64,000 nt of DNA from Octopus sinensis (lineage: Eukaryota). The translations under genes and the position numbers were made by a program. Of the stretch, positions 15,374 through 28,938 are shown one piece after another (position 1 is the stretch's first letter; each line of letters starts with the position of its first letter). Location of the stretch: positions 191,270,001 to 191,334,000 of the forward strand of contig NC_042998.1 in NCBI RefSeq assembly GCF_006345805.1. The letters run 5' to 3'. The notes under the pieces were generated by a model. The model searched no databases and was not told where the DNA came from. It was given only the letters and a program-made list of their open reading frames with translations.

Positions 15374-15590
15374 GTATCCTCCACCACCTCTTGGCAGCCA
15401 GTGTTGTTGTGTTTACATCCTCGTATCTTCGCGGTTCGGCAAAAGAGACTGAAAGTATAAGTAACAGTCTTAAAAAAAATAAAAAAGAAATTAGTGCTAG
15501 CGTCGATTCATTCGACAAAAAGTTATTCGAGCCTTGTGTCCCAGCATGGCTGCAGCCTAATCACTGAAACAAGCAAAAGAGCAACGATAA
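15372..15590 (+). mobile_element. SINE family B, 3' half only
   Basis: gcggttcggcaaaagagac..ccagcatggctgcag..ctgaaacaag matches the 3' half of 40562-40975. Confidence 0.8.
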
Positions 15591-16184
15591 AAAAACACAT
15601 ACGATGTGTTTATGATTACATATATTTAGGGTCACTGTGAATTTAGGATCGTATTGCGATGTATTGGTGATCTAATTATGAATGAAAAATCAAATCGAGA
15701 GAAAGTCTACCAACAGCTTCATCATGTAATGCCATCCTTTCTGTTCTTTAGACGTTAAGGCGTAGTGTAAGGAAGATGTCATTTGCTATTTCTAGCAGGT
15801 AGGTAGACTACGTAAAAGGTCTCGCCTTCAATATCTTTGCTAATTTCCATGACAACAGACAGTTTCGTCCTGCTGTATATTGGCAATGGAGCGCTTCGAT
15901 TGGTTAAAAATACATAACTTTAATTGCTTGTAACTCCTGTATTATTAATTTCTAAAAATGAATGCGATTTTTGTCATCAGCTTATGAAAAATTGTTTGTG
16001 GCATACCGGTGGTTTAAACTAGAACATTTATTATGAAAAATAACAACGATGAGAAAAAAGAAAACGAAACAAGAAAAGAATGAGTAAAAGAGAGGAAAGT
16101 AGAGTGGATAGAAAAATTCAAAGTCTATAGTTTAAAAAGTATTATTATCAATTGAATTATTATTATTTGTTGTCGTTTGTTCAT

Positions 16185-16392
16185 TCTCGATCCATGCCAG
16201 TCTCATAAGGGCTGGTTTCCCGGTTTTATTGGCGTTTAGGCTCCCCACCTGGAGAGGACGCCGGTTCGTTGCTAGATGCAGGAGGGAAGAGTGAAAGTTG
16301 TGGCGAAAGAGTCAGCAGAAGTTCGCGTGGAGCTTAGGTGTTTCGCTCATAAACATACACGTCGTTCGGTCTGAGATTCGAACCCGCGACCG
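16185..16392 (-). mobile_element. SINE family C with part of tRNA head
   Basis: Homologous to 10275-10495; minus strand has gggttcgaatctc B-box. Confidence 0.75.
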
Positions 16393-17762
16393 TTACAAAC
16401 ATAATCGCTAGCGATACAAACATAAGTGCTTATATGCACCAGAAATCCATTAGAGATTTTCCCAAGATAACTATCGTATCATCCTGTTCTAACACAACAT
16501 TCACTTGTAAGAGGTGATATATATTACCTTTTGGTGTTAATAGTGCTTCTATACTCATTGATTTCTATTCAAAATAATTTAGTTTCATATGTACTATAGA
16601 TTTGGTAATGGTATTCGTGTGAACAATCTCGATAATGCATCTACGAACACTTTCACTAATTTCTAAAATGATTGGTATAAACAAACAAGATCTACAGTAT
16701 AGACAAACATGTGAACTCTTTTTATCTCAAAATATTACAATTATATTGTCAGACAACAGTTGACTAATATCTCGTCAGCCAATATTTTTATATATTTTTA
16801 TAATATACATTTTTCTTTCTCTCTACAGAAAGAGCTGGCATTGCAGTGAGGACATGCGTGTTGAGTTTTGAGATGTCCAAATGGCTACTATTAACACACT
16901 CCATAAAGAGAAGACGCAGAAGGAATTGCCACATGAAAAAGATGTCTGTTCCCGATTCTGTATCAAAGTATCTCTGTTATCCATTCAATGTTCCAGACTC
17001 TGGAATATAATACTATAATTCCAATAGGGTAGAATGAGAGTATGTCTAATTTCCACAAGATGATAGCCTAGAGAATTTTTTTACAAATGGTACTAAATTA
17101 TGTCAAAGTACAAAAAGAAGTACCGTCATACACCTATATCGACACGTTTTTAGATTCCCTCACATTAGCTGGTTTATCAAAAAGCTGGAATTTCATCGGT
17201 CCTGATATCAACAATAAAGAATTGACAGACAATTCTTACGATTGCCAGCACAATGATTTGTTGTGTTAACAAAGCTTATACAAAGCTTTACATTTTACTT
17301 TTCACAATCATTTTCTAAAAAAGTTAAACGGTATATTGTATGTCGTGATTGACGATTTAAAGTCTATTCTCAGCCTATTGGCATAGACATCTTTTCTCTT
17401 TTCCCCTTATTTATAATTCTTTATAAATTTCATCGTTAAAGGTATTTTAATATGTTGGCCACTTTGATGAAATGTTTGGAAAAAAAATTTATCCTATATT
17501 AGCGGTAAAATTTATATATATATAATAGAAATATGTTACAAAACGAAAATAGAAAATACACGTGGAAATGTAAGGGGAAAATAAGAAAAATCAACGAAAA
17601 TGCACATTGTAAATAAAAAGAGAAAATACTTTTTTATGAAAGGTAACGACAGATATATACATTTAGATGGACTGAGGTAGTAATTAAAGTCATAAAAGTC
17701 ATTATTATGAGCTGATTAAAGATTCAGTAAGTATACCATGGTTCGTCATAAGCTATACATTG

Positions 17763-17832
<70 letters not shown>

Positions 17833-18639
17833 ATAGTTCATTTTGTAAGTGTATCTCTAAAGATTTTCTATGGAATTTAGAGCCAGCACTGAAAGTTACG
17901 ATCGTTCGTGTACGAATGCATTTGTATAAGCAATGCAATTGAAGATAGAAAAATAATAATGAGTGTATATGCATATTTTAGGCGTTATTGCTCCTTCTGC
18001 AGTACCATACCCAACTCCTTATGTATTCGCAAATGCATTGCTTAAATAATCTCCAAGTTCAGTTGCTATTTAACATTATTGGATAGACTAATTTACATAA
18101 GAAACACATATTCCTGATTAATTGTTGGTAACTGGTACGTACATATTAATTGTTGATAGGGACAACGGACTGCATTTTACAACCAGTGTTGAAGAAGCAA
18201 TACCTTCTGAAAAACGTTTATACACCCATTACCAACTTTTCTATCTTCAATTGCATTGTTTACATCGACGTATTCGTATATGAAACGTTGTAACTTCCAG
18301 TGTTGGCTCTAGATTGTATAGAGAATCTGTAGAGATAAACTTAGAAAATAGAAACATCGCACTGCTAACGTAAAGTAGGATAGAGTATTGAGTTATAAAC
18401 CTTTAATATACTTGATATATATAAATATACATATATACTTCATATATCATAGTATATTTGGTTGTACGTTATGGTTGCAAAACGAAATACGGTGACCCTA
18501 CCAGCAATTAATATAAATAACTATGTATCTGATCGAGATGCTCAGATTAAGCCTAAATAATCAACAGAAGCAACAAAATTCGTCAAGCATCTCCCACACA
18601 GATGATTAATTAGTCCTATGAGGAGTATTTCCAGAGACA

Positions 18640-19295
18640 ATACAGCACAATTTGTACGAAGATATTTCAAACTAGATCCGACAAGCATACTTGGAAACAC
18701 AATAACATAAAAAAACCCACACTACACACACCGAGAAACTAATGTCCAACTGCTATAAAAAAAAACCACTCTGGTACTCCATATTCCTCAGAAAATAAAG
18801 ATGGGAAATTAGCATAAAGACAGATCGCCAGATAATGCAAAATATTTTTCATGACTAAAATTATAGTGTATTGAATGTCGACATGGCAATCCCAAATGGA
18901 TATTATATATTATGCAGAAGTTAGAAGAAAAGACACTGGTCCGATCAAGCTGCTTAATTTAAAATATTAACACTGTTAAGGAATGTGTTTATAATCTCAT
19001 TTGCATTTGACAGACAAGAGTTATAGACGACCATCTCTGAAGAGACATCGATGAATTACCTTAAAAGACAGGCATGAGTACGTTCCAGAAAATAGGAATA
19101 CTACTATCTGTTAAGAAACGGGTTTTGTTAGTCTTAGACATTGTGCTAATCTAAAATCTATCTATTAATATCGAGCGTTCTAGATATCCTTGAATATCTT
19201 TGTTAAGCTGGAATAATTCTGTACATGTACAACAATACCTATCTAGTTGTTGGTCCAAAAAACCTTTGATATAATTCCCAAACTACAAATAACGA
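18640..19295 (+). mobile_element. highly decayed R4/Dong-type non-LTR 3' fragment
   Basis: Remnants DMAIPN and IDELP..STFQKIGILL parallel the better-preserved copies downstream; followed by (TAA)n. Confidence 0.4.
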
Positions 19296-19323
19296 TAATA
19301 ATGATGATGAGGATAATAATAAC

Positions 19324-19394
<71 letters not shown>

Positions 19395-19443
19395 TAACAA
19401 CAACAATTATTATAATTATAATAATAATACTACTAATAATAAT
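19296..19443. repeat. (TAA)n microsatellite
   Basis: Seen directly. Confidence 0.95.
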
Positions 19444-19776
19444 ACATCTCAAGTAAAATAATCTACAAACGCAAGACACTCTATATAGTAAATATCTAAC
19501 AAAATAACAACCACCGTTACATGTACTCTACAGGACGAATACACAACGAAAGAACACAACTGACATTACATTCACAACGCACAATAAAAGATATACAACA
19601 AGAGACTCAAACCAAACCTCATTACAAAACGAATTGATGCACTCCACAGAACGAAAAGAAAGAAAACAAGGACGCAAAATACTGCACACACCTCAGCAAC
19701 ATGGGGAGGTGTAGCAGGTGATGCAGTAGAAATTTGACTGAAACTATCAAATGCCGAATAATAATAATAATAATAA

Positions 19777-19844
<68 letters not shown>

Positions 19845-19852
19845 ATAATAAT

Positions 19853-20377
19853 AGACTTGTCCATTGGATGCTTTGCAACAAGTATGGTCTTGATGAAGAA
19901 AACAATTGGTACGACCACAAACCCGAAGGCATCATCGAAAATAATAATGCAAAGATGCTATGGGATTTTATGATTCAGTGCGACCATGAGGTAGAAAATA
20001 GGAAGTTAGACATAGACTCATAGAAAGAAAGTAAACTATGCTGGATCATAGATATAGCATGCCCATCTAGCAACAAGGTATGCGATAGGGAAGAAAGAAA
20101 AGTCGATAGTTATGACAGGTTAGCTTGGGAGACAAAGCAGTTGTGGTCGATGAAAAAGGTGGTAGTAGTACCAATAATTGTCCGAGCCCTGGGAACGGTA
20201 AGTAAAAATCTCGAGAAGTACATGGAATAAATAGGGGCTGCAATAAGGGTGGAGCACTGCTTGGAACCGCTCGAATACTCCGGAAGGTGGACGAAAACTA
20301 AGTGGTGTTACCTTAGATCACTGGTAGTGAACAGCTGACACCGTAGTACATCTCCAGCGTTTGAAGCTGTACAAAGG
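19853..20377 (+). mobile_element. R4/Dong-type non-LTR retrotransposon, 5'-truncated; restriction-like endonuclease region, pseudogenised
   Basis: Translation across frameshifts: RLVHWMLCNKYGL..WYDHKPEGIIEN..MLWDFMIQCDHEVENRKLDI..CWIIDIACP..KVDSYDRL..VVPIIVRALG..LGTARILRKV, the RPD..D..K-type RLE signature; flanked by TAA/TAG/TGA tracts. Confidence 0.85.
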
Positions 20378-20379
20378 TA

Positions 20380-20454
<75 letters not shown>

Positions 20455-20509
20455 TTAATAATAACAACGACAACGACGACGACGACGACGATGATGATGA
20501 TAATAATAA

Positions 20510-21035
20510 TGGTATGAGCAGAAAGGAGAAGTGGTGTTAGAGAATGACAAATTTAAGCTTTTGTAGAATTTCACTATTCAGAATGATAGAATGATTGACG
20601 CAAAGAAGCTAGACATTGTAGTTGTCAAAAATAATAATAAAAAAGAAGAGGCCCATATTATCGATATCTCCATCCCAGGAGACAGAGTGAAATATAAAGA
20701 GCATGAAATGATGGAGAAGTATGCGCCACTGAATGAAGAGATTACAAAGTTGTTGGGGATGAGGATTGTTCTAGCGATTCCAGTGGTGATCGAAGCTCTG
20801 GGATACATATCGGACAGCTTCGAAGACTATGTAAATAAAATCGGAATTCATGTAAGGTTACAGGTCATGCAGAAGATAGCACGTCTTGTTACGGTAAGGA
20901 TTTTAATGAAAGTTTTGTCTACGAAAGCAATAGTAGAGTAAGCAACAAGGGACTGTTGTCTAGTTGTTGACTGCTCCTTAACTGAAATGTCCGGATTTAA
21001 GTGTCTTAGATAAGCGAAAGTAAAACATAATATCA
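20510..21035 (+). mobile_element. second R4/Dong-type non-LTR 3' fragment (RLE region)
   Basis: ORF 20591-20941: KKLDIVVV..IIDISIPGD..EKYAPL..IPVVIEALG..MQKIARLVTVRILMKVL, preceded by WYEQ..LENDKFKLL*NFTIQND. Confidence 0.85.
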
Positions 21036-21159
21036 TAAAACAAAAAACAGCAACAATTGCAAAAGCTAGACACCTTAAAATCGCGAATGCGCATTAGATA
21101 ATACAGTAGAAACTAGCATAAAGGTGTTGAAGACTAACAAAAGACTGACAATAAAAAAT

Positions 21160-21385
21160 TCGTTTTTAATTTCGGGACATGGCCACCAATTTGAGACAAG
21201 GGAGGTAAGTCGATAACATCGACCTCTGTACTTGATTGGCACTTACTTTGTTGACCGAGGAGGGGAGGAATGAAATGCAAAGTTGTAAACATCGGCGGGA
21301 CTTGAACTCAAAACGTAAAAAAAACTGGAAGAAATGCCTCTAAGCAATGTGTCCGACAATTTCCAATCTTGGCAGTTCGCCACCT
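21160..21385 (-). mobile_element. SINE family A, diverged
   Basis: aagtcgataacatcgacc..gaatgaaatgcaaag..ttgaactcaaaacgtaaa..ggcagttcgccacc; followed by (CTA)n. Confidence 0.75.
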
Positions 21386-21440
<55 letters not shown>

Positions 21441-21859
21441 GCTACTACTACTACTAATGATGGTGTTGATGATGATGGTAATAGTAATGTATGTGTTAGT
21501 TGTAGCAACAGACGCTCTCTGTGAGATATTTCTTGCTTGGCAACAAAAAACGAATTTTCATAACATCTCTCAATGTCATTAGAGGCGGATATATAGTCAA
21601 ATGGTTTCAGCTAGGATTTATGCTTGAAACTACGATATGTTTTCGTATGTTCGCACTTACCTACACAGCTCACTACAGGTGATGGATGTATTGACGGAGG
21701 TGGTGATAAGTACTTTCAAATATCTTCAATTTCTTCGTAGAACCCATCATTCATAATTTACCTGATAACCATATCAGGGGTACTGGCGAGATGTACAAAG
21801 ATTTGGCTGAAATCCATTGTTTTATGTTATCTATTTTCTCTATCACATCTCGCTTCCCA

Positions 21860-21944
<85 letters not shown>

Positions 21945-21997
21945 TTATCTATCTATTTAGTTATATATATATATGTATATATATATGTATGTATATA

Positions 21998-22040
<43 letters not shown>

Positions 22041-22180
22041 ATATATATATATGCATATATGTAGATGTGTGTGTATGTATATATACATATAAGTGGGGAT
22101 ATACGTATATATATATATATATACACACATACATATATGTATGTATATACGTATATATATATATATATGATGTGTGTCCG

Positions 22181-22224
<44 letters not shown>

Positions 22225-22330
22225 CAGACACACACTTATATATGTATATGTGTGTGTGTATGTATCTTTTATTTACGTTTGTATACACATACATATGCAC
22301 GCACACAGACATAGAAACACACATCCACAC
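21860..22330. repeat. compound (TA)n/(TG)n low-complexity tract
   Basis: Seen directly; source of many spurious YI/CV ORFs. Confidence 0.95.
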
Positions 22331-22890
22331 ACGTCTATCTGCTCAAGTAGACCCGTGCACACATGCCTGGTTTCTCTGTGCGTATATAATGACTCAGCGC
22401 ACACAACCGTGTAGATATTGCGGTATTATGCAACATGTCTAGAATCAAAGCGGGATATGATGATTTTGGATGCCTTCCATTCGTTACATTTGGCTGCTTG
22501 CGGTAAGTTGGATGTGCGTTAAGCACAAATTAAACGCTGTGGTTGTTATGAAATAGAGTTTCAAGTGAATGTTTTAGACAGAGCTGTTTCGAAAGTAGAA
22601 CTCTACAACGGTGCGCGTGTATGAAAAGACACATACTGAAACAGACAAGCACCCCCCTACACACACACATATACAAACACACACATATACAAACACACAC
22701 ATACACACGTACATATGCGCATGCAAACAAATCTACGCTACACTCTGTGTGTCTTTTACTCTCCCTGTGTCCAACTTTCGACGATTTTCATACACATAGC
22801 ATACATGAATGCATTCATTCTCTCTGTCTCTGTCTCTGTCCTTTTCTCTCTCTCTCTCTCAGAATATTTATGTACTTAGATATATACGTA

Positions 22891-22961
<71 letters not shown>

Positions 22962-22976
22962 GCGTGTGTATATCTA

Positions 22977-23103
<127 letters not shown>

Positions 23104-23749
23104 TTATGTGTATATATATCTATATGTATTTATATGCAAATATACTTTTATAATAACTCAAAACTTGTGTGTACGCACACACACACACACATATATCCAA
23201 GTATAGAGTTTTTAGGTAAGTATACGACTGAGATATACATTTGTTATATTCAGTATCCTTAACTTTCTTATAAGTAACTTGCATCATGACTATATACGTG
23301 TATGTGTTTCTGTATATATGCATGTATATATAATGGACTGCTCCTGGAGAATAGTGTAAGAGCGCTAAGTAAGAAGAAGAAAAAACTGTGTTACTGAACA
23401 ACCTACAGAAATGATTGTGTTCAATTGGGGTAATTTTGGAGACGTCTACCTCACACTTTGCTTATAATTGTGAAACAAATTTGTGCAAGGGTGGAAGACG
23501 CAATGAATATAAATGAGTGCTGCAAGGTAAGGTAAAATTGCAAAGTCTAACATGGATGGATGAACCCGACATACCTTTATGTGTCTTCAGGTACATAGAA
23601 ACACTTGAAATGGTGAATGTTAGAGATTTAAAACTACATTGCGAGTGATGGGTACCTTAAAATCTCGTGCATGGCAGCTGGTTGTTAATTGTAACGTATT
23701 GCAGGCAAACCTCTTCCTTATGTATAATGAATATAATATAATATATAGA

Positions 23750-23938
23750 AATAAACAAATAAAAACGAAGAACAAACACAAAAAACAACAACGGGAGGAC
23801 GTGGTACATGTAAAGTATTAGCAGACACTCAGGGAAGGAAAGAAAGATGGTTTAACGTTTCAAGCACTGCTCTTCAGAAACAGAGAAAAGCCGAATAGAA
23901 AAGACGGAGTTAAAAATTGGCAACGATTCACATGTGGT

Positions 23939-23940
<2 letters not shown>
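23750..23940 (-). mobile_element. Penelope-like terminal repeat, second subfamily, with hammerhead-like motif
   Basis: Minus strand CUGAAGA-GCAGUGCUU-GAAACGUU at ~23853-23877; overall layout parallels 2618-2804. Confidence 0.45.
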
Positions 23941-23983
<43 letters not shown>

Positions 23984-23990
23984 GATAGCT

Positions 23991-24039
<49 letters not shown>

Positions 24040-24065
24040 AAGATAGATAGACAAATAGATAGAGG

Positions 24066-24124
<59 letters not shown>
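23941..24124. repeat. (TA)n-(GA)n-(GATA)n compound microsatellite
   Basis: Seen directly. Confidence 0.95.
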
Positions 24125-24348
24125 TAGGGGTTTTCAGTTCAGTGGAATATGGTAAAGTACCTTAGAATGGAGTAAACAAAACATTAATACTAAGTGTGAA
24201 CATATTAGCTTAGTGTGTCTAAGATGAGCATTTTGTTTCGTTCGAGGAAACATACTATGCGCAAAGGTTTAATAAAATTTTCTGAAGCATTGAAATATAT
24301 GTCTGCCTGCGCATATGTCTGTGTATATATATAAAATATGTGTGTATA

Positions 24349-24386
<38 letters not shown>

Positions 24387-25019
24387 ATGTACACAAAATA
24401 AATGCACTCATACACACTTCTTTACAGCTTTGGTCAGCAACTTGCACATAAATATTTCTGTGGCCTTTGGAATGAAAAGAAAATAGAACCTAAAAATAGT
24501 TATAATCTCTAGATAAATTAGTAAATAAATATTTATGGTAAAATTAAGAAAAAGGATAACATGAGGAAGGGTTAATCTAATAAAATGTATAGTAGTGGAA
24601 GAGCGAATATTCATATGAAAATATATTCACGTAAAAGTTAGTATCTCTAGAAAATATAATGGTAAATATGCCGATATTATACGAATACGAAAGTACAACG
24701 AAATATTATAAATATCGAATTTCGCCGAGTGATACTTAAAAAAATTATTTATTCATTCGGTGAAAAAAAGCTGTGCGGTATCTGTATTTATCTGTGTGAG
24801 ATGGCAGCAGATTAGGCTCTTTATAAACAAAGTTAAAATGAAGAAAAATACAGAGGATAAACAAATGTATAGCTATGTATCAAAGCTTTGACAATTTTAT
24901 TACACACATGCAAATATACACATTGATTGTTGAACGGGGAAAATCAGTACCGCAGACCCAACTCTTGAACACTTGAGCATTAATGGTCTCACTATCTCCC
25001 CTCTCCCACAACATACACA

Positions 25020-25925
25020 CAAAAATGCTACAAGTACCTAGGCATTGATGAAAACATGTTATATGGAAGTAAATTGAATACGATAGAGTGACAGGAGAAA
25101 ATTATACTTAAAAACTATGATAGTCGTAACTCTCCTCTTACGACAAGACAATATCCTAGAATGCATTTGCTGCACCAGTGCTGAATCCAACATTTTGGAT
25201 GCGTAACTGATCCGTAACTGGTAGAAGATAGATGTTGAAATCCATGAGATATTGACATCAACTGGAAATCTCCAGAGAAATAGTGATATCTACAGGCTCT
25301 AACTAAGAAGAGACAAAGGAGGCAGAGATTTGAGACCAGTGAAGATAGCCTTCAAATGTCGTATAGCCTCTCTCAGACAGCACTTGCTAAACGACAACAG
25401 TAAAAATAAATGCATTAATTTAGTACTGAAAAGTAAAGAAAACATTTTTCTACGTGTCGGTAGCGAGTTACCCAGAAAGCACTCTCTTCTTAATGATCTC
25501 CCATACAATCCAGACTAACATACCCCGAAAAAGAACTGGATGTGAACCGCTCAGTATTCCAAACGAAAAAAGAGCATGCATAGGTATGTTCCCCGAAGAC
25601 TTCAGAAAGAGAGTAAAATTGGTTTCAAATTTTGGCACAATACTTGCAAGTTTGTGAGAAGGGCAAGTTGATTAGATCGACCTCAGTACTCAGGTGGTAC
25701 TTATATTATCGACATTAAAATAATGAAAGGCAAAGTCGATTTCGGTGGAATTTAAACTCATAACGTAAAGACGGATGAAATCAGATGACATACCGCAAAG
25801 CAATTTGCCCAACGTACTAAATATTGTGTCAGGTTGGCGCCTTGAAGAAGACAGTAATATTGACATGAAGTAAAGCTTCTCTTGGACTGAAGACCGCTAT
25901 ATCACATCACATTTCGAAGCCCGTG
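25020..25925 (+). mobile_element. R4/Dong-type non-LTR RT/thumb fragment, decayed, interrupted by a SINE
   Basis: YKYLGIDEN, DIYRL*LRRDKGGRDL and IDMK*SFSW..ITSHFE motifs typical of the RT C-terminal region of this group. Confidence 0.7.
25622..25847 (-). mobile_element. SINE family A with decayed 15-bp TSD
   Basis: Family A reverse complement; flanks aagagagtaaaattg (25607-25621) and aagacagtaatattg (25848-25862). Confidence 0.8.
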
Positions 25926-25972
25926 GGTGTTCATGTGGGTCGTAAGCAACTTACCACACAGTCACTCACACT

Positions 25973-26026
<54 letters not shown>

Positions 26027-26204
26027 TTCAATTTGATGACTCCACTAGAATGGACGAAAGCGCTGTTATATATGATATATGATGTATAAAAACATGTAGC
26101 ATACAAATAAATATCTGTAAATATAAAACCATCCGCATTTCTGAGTACCTCATTTCTTCTAATATAAAATTATAAAATATCTGTACATGATCTCCAAACC
26201 TAAT

Positions 26205-26386
26205 TTTACGAAAATAAACAAAAGACGAAGACAGGTGGTGTACAAAACATACAGATGTATTAGTATAACGCTCAGGAATAGAAAACGTCTTTTACGTCTC
26301 GAGCCTACGCTCTTCTACAGAAAGGTACACAGAAAAAACAAGGAGAGAAACAAGAGAGAAAAAATGCATGTAGTGGCTAGCAATCT

Positions 26387-26390
<4 letters not shown>
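26205..26390 (-). mobile_element. Penelope-like terminal repeat copy
   Basis: Homologous to 2618-2804; hammerhead core mutated (CUGUAGA..GAGA). Confidence 0.6.
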
Positions 26391-26442
<52 letters not shown>

Positions 26443-26700
26443 TACAGAGCGGGGACGTTAAATAGTGATAACTAAAATTGTAATGTTATTATCAAGTCGA
26501 ATATGCTTGAGGCGCTCCAGTGAGGTTGGATGGCACTGCGAGCTGATTTAGGTGTACACACGCCATTTGTCAACAAACGGGATATATTTTCCGTGACAAA
26601 ATGCTCTAAGTAGCTGGTTCAGGGGCTCGATGTGATCAATCAAATCACATGTATTAAAATTTATTACTGTTGCTGTCAAAATTCTTGTCTGTATATAATG

Positions 26701-26789
<89 letters not shown>

Positions 26790-26869
26790 TACATGCACGC
26801 ATGCATGAACACAATGCATAAATACATACATACATAGATATATACATGTATATATGTACATTTGTGTTT

Positions 26870-26921
<52 letters not shown>

Positions 26922-26962
26922 TATATACATTGATGTATGCATGTTCAAATTTTATAACAAAA

Positions 26963-27363
26963 CTAGCAGTATCGCCCGGCGTTGCTCGGGTTAGTAAGGG
27001 GAATAACTATATAAGCATTTTCAGAGAGTTATAGCCAAAAATAGCAAAAAAAAATGCATTAAAAATGGAAAAAATTTATGGTAAATGTTTTTTTAAATCG
27101 TTGACTCATCGTAGACATTTTTAGAGAGTTACTTCCCTTATATAATAGCGAAAAAAATGCATTAAAATGGAAAAAAATGATGGTGAATTATTTTTTAAAT
27201 CGTAGACTCATCGTAGACGCGCGCTAATACCCAGAAGAGCTCGATATGAATCACGACTATAAGATACCCGCTTTTGGTTAAACTGCACCGCAAAATGTGG
27301 GAGTAGTTAGGAATCTAAATCGTAGGAGACAGACACACAACTTCACTTTTATATATATAAAGA
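26963..27363 (-). mobile_element. non-autonomous Helitron
   Basis: Minus strand starts TC(tttatata), ends CCCGAGCAACGCCGGG hairpin then CTAG, sits between host A and T with no TSD; internal ~100-bp tandem duplication. Confidence 0.85.
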
Positions 27364-28149
27364 TATCTCAGGCATTTGATGTAGCGAGCTAAACCCCAAG
27401 GAATATTTCGCTTCTTGTTTACGACTTGCGACATGTTTACCATAGAAATAGTTTGCAATATAATAGCGTTTCACGACAATTTCACATATATCTTTTACGT
27501 GCATCTATCTTGCAAAAGTATAATTATGATTTAAAAAATACAGGGAACTTTAGAAATATCCTTCAATGTAGGTACTGCAAAAATCGGCATTACTTGGAAC
27601 TGCGCGCATATTATGTAAAGTACTATCAGTCTGAGTCCCTTGTTGTGACTTGACAGACAAAACAAACCCCCCGGTAGACAGAAAATCTTCAGTCAACAAC
27701 ATCACCGTATTGGATACTGTGCAACGTCTTAAATGATAATCAAACGAGTGGAAATCATAAGAAGATTAGTGCGATCATAGAAATATGAAAGAGGGTAAAG
27801 TCAACCAACAGCACACTGAAGACAGCGGACGGAACATATGTGAATAAAAAAAAGATGTACGAGGTACTGAAATATATTACGGAGAATACTGAAAATACTC
27901 GCTTTAAAGGTGTCGCGAAAGGCCTGGCTGGAGGCCTAACCTGCCAAGTTTTTTTTACAGGGCTTAGAAAAACTAAAAGGATTGCTGCAATGAGTGTGTG
28001 AATCTGAGAGGGGAATATGCTGAATAAAATCATAATCAACTGATCTTCCTGTATTTTCTTTTACCCAAAACCAGGAACTTTTCAGCATTCCAACGTAGAA
28101 TGGAAAATATATCTGATACAATGACACAAACGATCGTATTGGTACTAAG

Positions 28150-28720
28150 GCTGTGTTTATTGCATGGAAAATGGCATTTGTAAATCCACTGAATGGTGTA
28201 CGAGGGAAGGAACCATGGTGGTAAAAGAAGAATGAGAGAATCAATTAACGAATTAAGAAATCATTTAACTTCTTGGAACGTAAAAAGAGATGTGACATAA
28301 AGAAGGAACAAATAATCTTGAAATAGAAAAGAAGTAGAATATACTGAATAAAGGTATAAATGGTTATTTAGTTGAAACAAAGGATGTAGGCCAAGGTACG
28401 CTAGCTGAAGAGATTTGAACAAAGAACACAACAACACAGAATCAATAGAGTCTTCCAGTACGATCAGAAAAGAGTTTATTGGGTCCTCGAGGGTAAGAGT
28501 AAGAAAGAAAGAGGGGCACCAGATGCATAGGGAAGCAAAAGATTTTGGCCAAACATCTGAGATAACGAGGCAAAATATGTCAGAAATGTTGAGAGGCTGA
28601 AGGAACTCAGAGAGAATAAAACAAATGCGGAAGAAAGTCATATGGAAATAACAATAGTAACGGTATACATACAAACCAAAGAATACTGGAAAATCGGAGT
28701 GACGAAGATCGCAATGGAAA
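28150..28720 (+). mobile_element. decayed RTE-like LINE ORF2 fragment
   Basis: KEPWW*..RESINELRNHLTSW and QMHREAKD resemble the endonuclease-RT linker of RTE-type LINEs; many stops. Confidence 0.45.
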
Positions 28721-28799
28721 TTATAGTTTTAAGTCAATATTTGCGAACAATCTAATGCCTTTCAGGAGGCCATTCAGCCATCTGCAATTCATCCAACCA

Positions 28800-28807
28800 T
28801 CTGTCTG

Positions 28808-28884
<77 letters not shown>

Positions 28885-28895
28885 ATATCTGTCTG

Positions 28896-28926
<31 letters not shown>

Positions 28927-28938
28927 ATCTATCTATCT
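28800..28938. repeat. (TATC)n microsatellite
   Basis: Seen directly. Confidence 0.95.

Noticed and set aside
17673-17682. tgaggtagta, the first 10 nt of let-7
   Set aside because: The rest of the mature sequence does not match and I see no hairpin.
20591-20941. 116-aa ORF as a host nuclease gene
   Set aside because: It is the truncated endonuclease region of a retrotransposon with an in-frame stop just upstream.
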